Origin: a virus
Lineage: Duplodnaviria; Caudoviricetes
Strand: one strand, 5' to 3'
IMG/VR virus record: IMGVR_UViG_3300011116_001227
Length of the DNA stretch: 64,000 nt
Below are positions 38,273-46,192 of the stretch, one piece after another. Below the pieces are notes generated by a model that made no database searches, had not been told where the DNA came from, and was given only the letters and a program-made list of their open reading frames with translations. Position 1 is the stretch's first letter; the number at the start of each line of letters is the position of its first letter. The position numbers were made by a program, and so were the translations under genes.

Positions 38273-38519
38273 AGTACAAAGATAGAATTGGAATCATATA
38301 CGCACTGCAAGCAGCTGTATCAAATGCTTTAAAAGATACCGTTCCAATGCTCTCAAATAATGACATTATGTAAGCACAAGTGGTAGCAAAAAAAGCAACT
38401 GTTGCAAATGTCGCTGTAATTGAGGGTTTGCCGTCTGTATTAAGAATCCAAATGTTAGAAGTTTTTTTAGCAGCTTTTACAGGCTTTTCGCGACTTTCTT
38501 TTTGTATTTCTTCGCTCAT
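38229..38519 (-). CDS. small two-TM membrane protein (holin-like)
   Basis: ATG 38519; two hydrophobic helices and a charged C-terminus. Confidence 0.45.
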   Translation of the reverse strand: MSEEIQKESREKPVKAAKKTSNIWILNTDGKPSITATFATVAFFATTCAYIMSLFESIGTVSFKAFDTAACSAYMIPILSLYFGRRWTDRVSKKEE

Positions 38520-38554
38520 CGTAGAACTCCGCACACTAAATAGGCACCAATTTG

Positions 38555-39049
38555 TTATTTGGATGCTTGGTTTACGGCAAAAGTTATTAAAACAGTCACA
38601 GCTATACCGCCCAAGGCGCCTAGTCCTGACCAAAGCAGTCGACTTGGAGTTTCTTCCTGTTTAATTTTTAAAGCGTCCTCTAACACTTTTGTTCTGTTTT
38701 TATAAGCGTCAGACTCGGCTTGAATTACATCTTTTTGAGTCTTGCATTTAGAGCTTAATTCATTTAATTCGAATTGTTTTTCAATGTCTTTGTCTCTCTT
38801 CACTTTTGCAACTTCTAGCGCAATTTTTTCTTCTATTGTCTCAAAATCAGTGACAACAGAGGCAGTTGCACGTGGAGAAAATAAAATACCTGAAAAAGGA
38901 GCAGTGTCGCCTTTTCTGAGAGGAGATATTTTTGCAACATCTTCTTCTTTGTCTGGAGATGGTACAGATCCGCCTGTTGCATTTTGTGCAGTCGCAGGTA
39001 AGGTAAAAGTTATCACAAGAACAAAAGAAATTAGTTGTTTTATGTTCAT
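38555..39049 (-). CDS. exported coiled-coil protein with C-terminal TM
   Basis: Signal peptide, LRKGDTAPFSGIL, C-terminal hydrophobic helix. Confidence 0.55.
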   Translation of the reverse strand: MNIKQLISFVLVITFTLPATAQNATGGSVPSPDKEEDVAKISPLRKGDTAPFSGILFSPRATASVVTDFETIEEKIALEVAKVKRDKDIEKQFELNELSSKCKTQKDVIQAESDAYKNRTKVLEDALKIKQEETPSRLLWSGLGALGGIAVTVLITFAVNQASK

Positions 39050-39462
39050 AGTTTTCTCTCAGGCATGATTATCTGAAAACCCATTACTGACTGAACTTTT
39101 TGTGCTAAACCTACAGGATCTTCGCCGTATTGCTTGACAATTTTGGCAACATTAATTTTTTTCTTATTTTCAAACTCCTGCTTGGCTTTGACGTATTCTT
39201 CTTTTGATAAACGCAAATCTTCTTCTAATTTTTTGACATTTTGATCATGTCTAATTTTTTCTTCTTCAAAAGCTTTCTTCACTTTTTCAAGCTCTTCATT
39301 ATGAATCTTTTGCATGCTTTCCATCTGAAGAAGAAGATCAGCATCTTTTCTTGAAAAGAAGGCATAAACTTGCCAAGTGATAATCAAAGAAGCTACAGAA
39401 ACAATAATACTCTTCCAGTTCTCTTTTATGAGATCCCAGATTTTTTTAAAAATGACAGGCAT
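39046..39462 (-). CDS. N-anchored coiled-coil membrane protein (i-spanin-like topology)
   Basis: Single N-terminal TM followed by a long heptad region. Confidence 0.5.
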   Translation of the reverse strand: MPVIFKKIWDLIKENWKSIIVSVASLIITWQVYAFFSRKDADLLLQMESMQKIHNEELEKVKKAFEEEKIRHDQNVKKLEEDLRLSKEEYVKAKQEFENKKKINVAKIVKQYGEDPVGLAQKVQSVMGFQIIMPERKL

Positions 39463-39468
39463 AAAACA

Positions 39469-39855
39469 TCAATTTGGTTTTTCAGGTTTTTTCTTGGTAT
39501 TGTCTAATGTAATCTGAACAGCAGAACTTGATGTTTTGGCAGTATTTGCTGCTGTCGAATCATTCTTTATAACTTGTAATATTCCTGTTTGAACTGTGTA
39601 TAGTTCTTCAATCAGCAAAGAATGTTCATTTACCATCTTGACAGTGTCAGCTAAAGTTCTTGACAATTTTGTGACTTCTACTATCACTTTTGTCAAAGAA
39701 TCAGCAAGATCAATAATTGAATTATTTAATTCTTCTTTGCTTTTTAAAGACTTCTTTGATCCATCAGATTCTTTTTTTGATTTTTCTTCTGAATGTTTCT
39801 GAAGCCAAGTTACTAAAGCAGACAAGATATTTTCATCTTGCTTCTCTGTCGTCAT
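39469..39855 (-). CDS. hypothetical coiled-coil protein
   Basis: 128-aa ORF. Confidence 0.5.
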   Translation of the reverse strand: MTTEKQDENILSALVTWLQKHSEEKSKKESDGSKKSLKSKEELNNSIIDLADSLTKVIVEVTKLSRTLADTVKMVNEHSLLIEELYTVQTGILQVIKNDSTAANTAKTSSSAVQITLDNTKKKPEKPN

Positions 39856-40150
39856 CTATTTCCTGCCCTTCTTCGATAAGATTATACAGGGTCTCTGTGT
39901 CAAATTCACTAACAGGCATTCGAATATTTTTCTTTACGCCTTCAATTTGCTCTCTTATTTTCTTTTTGACTATTCCCTGAATGATTTTATCAGCTCTACC
40001 GTTGTCAGACAGTACTATATCAGCAAGACCTTCAAAGATATCTTGCATTGTTAATCCATGCTTAAAGAGCTTTTCTCTCAAAGCGGCATGTGACTCTTTA
40101 CTAAGTTTAACATGCACACTTTTTCTATCTTGAAAAATGTCGTGCCTCAA
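39833..40150 (-). CDS. ribbon-helix-helix-like DNA-binding protein
   Basis: KSVHVKLSKESHAALREKL...TMQDIFE. Confidence 0.5.
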   Translation of the reverse strand: MRHDIFQDRKSVHVKLSKESHAALREKLFKHGLTMQDIFEGLADIVLSDNGRADKIIQGIVKKKIREQIEGVKKNIRMPVSEFDTETLYNLIEEGQEIDDDREAR

Positions 40151-40686
40151 GCGTTTCCTCCACCAGGGCCCGCTGCACCAGCTCGTGGTGCTGGAAATTC
40201 TTCATCTTCAAATTCATTGTGAGATTTTCCAATCTCGACGCTGTACATGTCTAGAAGATTATCTTTGAATGACTTGACAGTTGCACTATCATAATTTTCA
40301 GCAAGGTAATTTGATGCTCGCTTTAAGATCGTGTCTCTAATTTCAAGAAGATTGTCGTAGTTAGAAACTAACCTCATCACGTTGTTGATGAAATTTTCCA
40401 TGTTGATGTCTTCAAGCTTGAGATTTTTAAGACTATCGTCTTTAGACTCATCTCCACCTTCAGCATCATCTTCGACTTCTGTCAAAAAATTTCTTACAGA
40501 CTGTCTAAAGTCATACGACTCTTTTTTCACTACTTTTGAATCTGATTCATAAGATGCTAAATACCTGTCGACTTGTGAGTCTAAAGAGTCTTCATTGTCT
40601 TTCTTGACACCAGCTTCTTTTAAGATCTCTTTTCTTAAAAAATTACGAAGTTCACTAACTGTTTTTATTTTGAAGTTTTTATTCAT
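40147..40686 (-). CDS. hypothetical acidic protein with leader variant
   Basis: KTVSELRNFLRKEILKEA. Confidence 0.55.
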   Translation of the reverse strand: MNKNFKIKTVSELRNFLRKEILKEAGVKKDNEDSLDSQVDRYLASYESDSKVVKKESYDFRQSVRNFLTEVEDDAEGGDESKDDSLKNLKLEDINMENFINNVMRLVSNYDNLLEIRDTILKRASNYLAENYDSATVKSFKDNLLDMYSVEIGKSHNEFEDEEFPAPRAGAAGPGGGNA

Positions 40687-41411
40687 TTTAGCACCAAGCT
40701 AATTGCTTCAGATTTTTTAAATCTCTCTTCAATTACAGTCCAGTTAAATTCTTTCATCTGAGACATCATGTAAGACTTTTTATCTGTCAAGTAATCTCTA
40801 AAGTAGGAATGCTCCCACATGTCAACAACAATCACTGGAAAAAGACCTACCATAACATCGCCACTATGATGACTAATAACAGTATTGACATATCGCTTTA
40901 GAAACATGTTAAAGCCTGTCACTACCCAACCATTTCCTGCGCTAAGTCCTGCTGCAATGAAATCTCGCTGCCAGTCTTCAAACGTTCCAAAGTCTCTTTG
41001 TAGTCTTAAAAAAGACAATGAATCCATTACAATCTCTGAGTGCGGGTCAAAGCAATTAGAAAAATAAAGCTCATGAAGCCATGTTCCATTTAGATTGTAA
41101 GTCTCGTCTAACTTGAGGGAACGATAATCAGAATGTCTTGAATTGGCTGCAGATCTGTCGACAGAATCAAGTTTTGTTGATGACTTATTGAAGGAATCAA
41201 TATATCCTTTGTAAAGCTCAACATGAGCCATCTTTGCTTTCTCTGATAGAAATTCTGTTACTTGCTTGAACTGCTTTGGCTCATGAACATAAGCCTCTTC
41301 TAACAAGTCAGACTCGGCAACAATATCTTTAGACTGTGTTTTTAAAGAATCTTTGATTATGCTTTTAACATCTACACCAAAGATGTTGTTGTCTTTTTTA
41401 GTCGCGGACAT
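40683..41411 (-). CDS. sod: Fe/Mn superoxide dismutase with N-terminal extension
   Basis: HVELYKGY, LHELYF, GNGWV, VDMWEHSYFRDY. Confidence 0.85.
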   Translation of the reverse strand: MSATKKDNNIFGVDVKSIIKDSLKTQSKDIVAESDLLEEAYVHEPKQFKQVTEFLSEKAKMAHVELYKGYIDSFNKSSTKLDSVDRSAANSRHSDYRSLKLDETYNLNGTWLHELYFSNCFDPHSEIVMDSLSFLRLQRDFGTFEDWQRDFIAAGLSAGNGWVVTGFNMFLKRYVNTVISHHSGDVMVGLFPVIVVDMWEHSYFRDYLTDKKSYMMSQMKEFNWTVIEERFKKSEAISLVLK

Positions 41412-41736
41412 AATTTTTCTCCAATTCGTCTTTTGAAACAAAGAAATCATTCGAACCGTCAGGATTACCATCGGGCGGCCTTAGGTCTACACCTCGAATA
41501 CTCACAGCAGTGACTGTATAAAGAACGCCACCCTGATCTTTATAGGTGTTAATTTCGTCCTTATCTTTGTCGTCCCTGACTTTACTTTTGATCTTTAAGC
41601 CTGGATCAAGCACAGATTTGTTCTTGCCGTCGACTTTGGTGTTGAAAGCAAGATCAACCTTTTCAGCAAGGGCAGATAATTTAGAATTCCACTCTTCCCG
41701 AATTAGTTTGATGAAGTCATTATCGTTTTTCTTCAT
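41398..41736 (-). CDS. hypothetical protein with leader variant
   Basis: MKKNDNDFIKLIREEW. Confidence 0.5.
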   Translation of the reverse strand: MKKNDNDFIKLIREEWNSKLSALAEKVDLAFNTKVDGKNKSVLDPGLKIKSKVRDDKDKDEINTYKDQGGVLYTVTAVSIRGVDLRPPDGNPDGSNDFFVSKDELEKNYVRD

Positions 41737-41747
41737 TACGCAATTTC

Positions 41748-42194
41748 TCAATCTGTAAGTATCAAGTCATTCAATCTAGTTACTTCTATCCCAGAATTTC
41801 TAAGTATCTTTAAACCTGACATGTCTCGATACTCAAAATCGTAAATTACGCTAGAAATATCAGCATTTACAATTAGTTTTGCACAAGAAACGCATGGGGC
41901 ATGCGTCAAGTACATAATTTTCTTTCTATTAAAATTATAATTACACTTTATTAAAGCATTAACTTCAGCATGAATCATGCCACTTTGCCCCGGCTGATCA
42001 CTTTCTGCTTCGTTTGGACCTCCTCTATAATTTCCGTTATAACCAAGAGACAAAAGACGAGTGTTGTCATCAGATACAACAATTGCGCCTACTTTTAGTC
42101 TGGGATCATAAGAACGCTCTGAAATATTCCAGGCAATCTTCATCCAGACCTGCGGCCAGGGTGGTCTTTTCATATTACTTTTCGCGTGTATCAA
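41748..42194 (-). CDS. dCMP deaminase
   Basis: KVGAIVV, GYNG, HAEVNAL, PCVSC. Confidence 0.9.
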   Translation of the reverse strand: MIHAKSNMKRPPWPQVWMKIAWNISERSYDPRLKVGAIVVSDDNTRLLSLGYNGNYRGGPNEAESDQPGQSGMIHAEVNALIKCNYNFNRKKIMYLTHAPCVSCAKLIVNADISSVIYDFEYRDMSGLKILRNSGIEVTRLNDLILTD

Positions 42195-42741
42195 TTAGAG
42201 GATGACACTTTAGACACCGAGGTTCATATAACTCTGCACCACCCACCTCGATCTCGTCTCCACCGACCTGTTTCTTGTATGTGTAATAAGCATCTCTATT
42301 ACAAACTACACAAACTGCGCTGAGTTTTTCAACTTTAGTTGCCCAAGGAAGCATCTTCTCGACTTCAGAAAAAACCAATCCCGTAGATGAAAGCTCAAGA
42401 GAAGAAACAACGACTGAGTAGCCATTTCTATACAGCCATATCAATGTTTCTGCAATGTTTGGAATCATAAATGCTTCATCAACAGCAACAACGTGAGGAT
42501 TTTCGTTGAGCGTTGCCAAATGTTGAATAACATCTGCACCTGATTTTACACACACAGCTGACATTTTTGATCCTCCGTGCGTGATGACTTCAGTCTCGCT
42601 GTAACGATCATCAATTTCTGGTTTGTACAATACAATTCGCTTATGCTGATACTTGTATCTTTCAAGCGAAGAAAGCAATCTTGATGTCTTTGAAGAGAAC
42701 ATCGGACCCGTATAAACAATAAATTCAGGTATATACATCAC
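42175..42741 (-). CDS. tdk: thymidine kinase (type II)
   Basis: GPMFSSKTS, DDRYS, VDEAF, CVVC, GGAELYEPRC. Confidence 0.92.
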   Translation of the reverse strand: MMYIPEFIVYTGPMFSSKTSRLLSSLERYKYQHKRIVLYKPEIDDRYSETEVITHGGSKMSAVCVKSGADVIQHLATLNENPHVVAVDEAFMIPNIAETLIWLYRNGYSVVVSSLELSSTGLVFSEVEKMLPWATKVEKLSAVCVVCNRDAYYTYKKQVGGDEIEVGGAELYEPRCLKCHPLIDTREK

Positions 42742-42747
42742 TTTACC

Positions 42748-43710
42748 TCACTGCATCTTCTGCAACCAATCCCAATTGTCTTCATACCACTTTATTGTTT
42801 TATCTAGACCTTCCCAGACTTTTACTCTTGGATCATAACCTATCAATTCTTTGGCTTTTGTAATATCAGCCTTCGTGTTCTTGACGTCACCGATTCTCCA
42901 AGGCGCGTTATGAGAAATTGCTTTTGGATATTTTGACTTCAAGTAATTAAGAATCTGTAAATTTGTAACAACTTCGCCGACACCAACATTAATAATCTCA
43001 GCTTTGAGATCTTCTTTACAGAGCGCTGATTTAATAAGTGCATCGACAACATTATCAACATAACACATGTCTCTGGATTGCGATCCATCACCGTCAGAAC
43101 GCATTGACTTATTAGACTTTATTGCAGTCAACCAGGCACTGACTGCGGTCGAGTAAGGAGAAGTTCCTAATTGATTCGGACCAAATACGTTGAAGAATCT
43201 TAAGCATACAGAATCGAGACCGTACAGAGAATAAAACAGCTTTAGATAATTCTCAATTATCGCTTTTTGAAGTGCATAAGGAGATTGCGGATTATTGATC
43301 GCAGTCTCTGGTGTAGGAAGTATGTCTGTATTGCCGTAAGAAGATGAAGATGCAGCAAAAACAAATCTTTTGACTGTGCCTTTTGTTTTACATGCATTTA
43401 ATAACATGAGTGTCTTTGACACATTTGTATCATTTGTTTCTACAGGATGTTCTACAGAATAAGTCACTCTTGGATTTGCTGCCAGATGAAAAACATATTC
43501 GTATGCTCCTTCACTAATTCTCTTTAAGACTTCGGGCGATGCAAAATCTTCAACCCACAAGCGCTCTGACCTGAGGTCTACATGCAAAAATTGAGCATTA
43601 CCATTTGAGAGATCATCTACGACGTCGACATGCCACCCTCTCGCATGAAGTGCATTCGAAAGATTACTTCCAATAAAACCTGCGCCACCTGTAACAAGAA
43701 CTTTAGTCAT
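42748..43710 (-). CDS. NAD-dependent NDP-sugar epimerase/dehydratase (extended SDR)
   Basis: ATG 43710; GGAGFIGS, SSSSYG, YALQK, FNVFGP. Confidence 0.9.
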   Translation of the reverse strand: MTKVLVTGGAGFIGSNLSNALHARGWHVDVVDDLSNGNAQFLHVDLRSERLWVEDFASPEVLKRISEGAYEYVFHLAANPRVTYSVEHPVETNDTNVSKTLMLLNACKTKGTVKRFVFAASSSSYGNTDILPTPETAINNPQSPYALQKAIIENYLKLFYSLYGLDSVCLRFFNVFGPNQLGTSPYSTAVSAWLTAIKSNKSMRSDGDGSQSRDMCYVDNVVDALIKSALCKEDLKAEIINVGVGEVVTNLQILNYLKSKYPKAISHNAPWRIGDVKNTKADITKAKELIGYDPRVKVWEGLDKTIKWYEDNWDWLQKMQ

Positions 43711-43762
43711 TCTCGACTCTCCAATTTCGCAATTATAACACTCGTAAAAAATGCGTATAAGA

Positions 43763-44758
43763 TCAAGTCTTCTTCCAAAAAGAATACATGTTCTTCTCAA
43801 TCTCGTAATTCATGAGCTTGACTTCTCTCTTTGGCTGAGTCTTAGCCCATGTTATCATCTTATCGACGAGCTGCTCGAAATTTGTGTCGTCCTTAAAGTC
43901 TAGTTCTCTCTTTGCCTTAGAGTGATCACAATAAGCAATCTTCACTTCATCACGTGGCTCAAGATGAACAATCTTAACATCCAATCCGTGACGCTTAGCA
44001 ACAAGCTGAAAACGCTGAGCAGCTTCGAGGATAGAAACATGACTATCAGCACCAATATTGTAAATTTCGCCATCACCCATCACCATCAATTTTTCAAAAG
44101 GCTCCATGTAAAAATCGACATCAGAGAAAGATCTCATCTGCAAACCATCTCCGAAGATAGTCAGAGGTTGTCCAGATAAACTTTGTCTAATCCAGATGCC
44201 AATTACATTCCTGTATTTATCCCAAATATTCTGGTAAACCCCGAATACATTGTGCGGTCTTACAATGCTGTAATTCAAACCAAAAAATCTATTTGCTGCT
44301 ACTAGATCCTGCTCCACAGTATATTTCGCAATACCGTACGGATCTTCAGGCAATTGTCTTTGAGTCTCTACGAAAGGCGGTGTCTGTGTGCCGTACACGT
44401 CCATCGAACTTGCAAAAATCATCTTTTTAACACTGTTGTTTATGCAAGAATTAATCACGTTTGCAGATGCAACGACATTATTTAAATAGTTGTGATTTCT
44501 GATAAACGGACTTAATCCAACAGCTGCATAAGCAGCAAAGTGATAAACAAAATCAGGTTTCTCTGTCTGCATCATGTAATTAGTCAGTCGAAGATCTGTT
44601 AAATTACATTCATAGATCTGAACTGACTGGTGAACTAAATCTCTATAACCTCCACTAAAATCGTCGATTCCAATTACCTTGTGACCCTTTTTTATAAAGT
44701 GTCTCGACAAATGGTTTCCAAGTAAACCTGCAACGCCAGTGATAAGAATTTTTGACAT
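43763..44758 (-). CDS. NAD-dependent NDP-sugar epimerase/dehydratase
   Basis: GVAGLLG, SSMDVYG, YGIAK, HNVFG. Confidence 0.9.
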   Translation of the reverse strand: MSKILITGVAGLLGNHLSRHFIKKGHKVIGIDDFSGGYRDLVHQSVQIYECNLTDLRLTNYMMQTEKPDFVYHFAAYAAVGLSPFIRNHNYLNNVVASANVINSCINNSVKKMIFASSMDVYGTQTPPFVETQRQLPEDPYGIAKYTVEQDLVAANRFFGLNYSIVRPHNVFGVYQNIWDKYRNVIGIWIRQSLSGQPLTIFGDGLQMRSFSDVDFYMEPFEKLMVMGDGEIYNIGADSHVSILEAAQRFQLVAKRHGLDVKIVHLEPRDEVKIAYCDHSKAKRELDFKDDTNFEQLVDKMITWAKTQPKREVKLMNYEIEKNMYSFWKKT

Positions 44759-44781
44759 ATAAGATCAATTATAACATTCTA

Positions 44782-45693
44782 TCAAATAACGTCTTGTCTG
44801 ACATGTGCGCTATTTAAATTGACGACAAGCGAAATACTCTTTGCTGGCCATAGAAATTTTTTCGTAATAAAAGCAGCAAGATGTGCAAGAAATCTTGTGT
44901 CAATAGACCCGTTTTTTCGAACGTCCGTGCTTCTAAGTGTACAAACAACACTGACATTTTCATTACGGGGAAGAAAATGAATAGAAGAGATACAAGAATT
45001 ACTTGAATAATAAAAACGTCTGGACGAAAGGTCTTGAGGCAAGTTGTAAGGATTTTTACCTTCTAACTCGTTCTCTATGATTTCACAGCATTCTTTCATA
45101 ATACTGCTGTAATATTCACATTCATGTTTATTAAGCATGATCTCATCGTCGCTATAAGAAGGATCGATTGACATCTTGAATTTTAGCTGCTCCTCGTAAG
45201 AAAATAGACCAGACACCCAAGATGATGTCATGTTACCTACTTCTCCAGGCAAAGAATTCTCTTGTGATTTTAAACGATTTGCAACATAATCAGCTAGTTG
45301 ATCCGCAGATTCTGAATTTCTAATCACAAGAACATTCGGCATGTATTGCAGTTTAGATACTTCTTCATCAAATATTTGTCTTAACTTTACAACAGATGCA
45401 GCATCTTGAAATTCATCTCCTCGAGATGATAAACGATCGAGTAAAACATCTTCGGGCGGAATCAAGACGACAAAAAAGTTGTTGAGATCTGATAATTCTT
45501 CTCTCAAAAATTGTCTTTGCTTCTCTACGTCACGACCGTACTGTCTTGCATAACAAAGCATTGAAAGACAGGAACGATCTTGAATGTTGTAACTAAAATT
45601 TGTCGCTTTGTGAAGCTTGCTAATAAAAGTTGTTTTACCTGCTAGATCGGGACCTTCAACTAGCAGATAACGAATTGGAAGTTGTGTCTTCAT
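44782..45693 (-). CDS. dNMP kinase fused to a minimal thymidylate-synthase/dCMP-hydroxymethylase-like domain
   Basis: N-terminal EGPDLAGKTT and DRS; C-terminal SCISSIHF, LRSTDV...D, SAH. Confidence 0.7.
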   Translation of the reverse strand: MKTQLPIRYLLVEGPDLAGKTTFISKLHKATNFSYNIQDRSCLSMLCYARQYGRDVEKQRQFLREELSDLNNFFVVLIPPEDVLLDRLSSRGDEFQDAASVVKLRQIFDEEVSKLQYMPNVLVIRNSESADQLADYVANRLKSQENSLPGEVGNMTSSWVSGLFSYEEQLKFKMSIDPSYSDDEIMLNKHECEYYSSIMKECCEIIENELEGKNPYNLPQDLSSRRFYYSSNSCISSIHFLPRNENVSVVCTLRSTDVRKNGSIDTRFLAHLAAFITKKFLWPAKSISLVVNLNSAHVRQDVI

Positions 45694-45697
45694 AATC

Positions 45698-46174
45698 TTA
45701 AGAACGTAAGATCAATCTTACCAAGCTACGTACAAGATTTTCAAATTTCATCTGTTCGTAACCTTTATTTAAGGTAACAAGATAATCTTTTGAAACTTCT
45801 GACTTCTTTGGGTCGATACTAACATAAGCATAAGCTTCGTAACATCTTCCTTCGCAGTTCACAGTCACTCTAATTTTTTTATAATCTTGTTCAGCTGTTC
45901 TCTTATCAGCGTCTTCGAAACAATCTAAAGATTTTTCTTGTATTGGAGTTGTCTCATATAAGACGCCCTTCACAAAATGTCCTGGTGATTTAATTGCTGT
46001 TGCTCCGTGCCACGTCTTAGAATATCCCGTAAATCCAAGATTAAAGTTAGGCAATACAGCATTTCCGATTTTTTTTAAGTTTAAATCTGTAAAACCACAA
46101 GGAGGACCGGACTTCGCTCTCTTGTGAAGCAAGTCTTGGTCCATGTTGGCGCCATAAGCAAAGTAGAAAGACAT
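45698..46174 (-). CDS. gamma-glutamylcyclotransferase (AIG2-like) family protein
   Basis: YFAYGANM, VKGVLY, LDCFE, AYAY. Confidence 0.8.
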   Translation of the reverse strand: MSFYFAYGANMDQDLLHKRAKSGPPCGFTDLNLKKIGNAVLPNFNLGFTGYSKTWHGATAIKSPGHFVKGVLYETTPIQEKSLDCFEDADKRTAEQDYKKIRVTVNCEGRCYEAYAYVSIDPKKSEVSKDYLVTLNKGYEQMKFENLVRSLVRLILRS

Positions 46175-46192
46175 ATTACGGGTAATTGTGAC

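Noticed and set aside
45698-45750. GGCT C-terminus MKFENLVRSLVRLILRS resembling the leader motif
   Set aside because: Lacks the terminal Glu residues and sits at a C-terminus; similarity is too weak.
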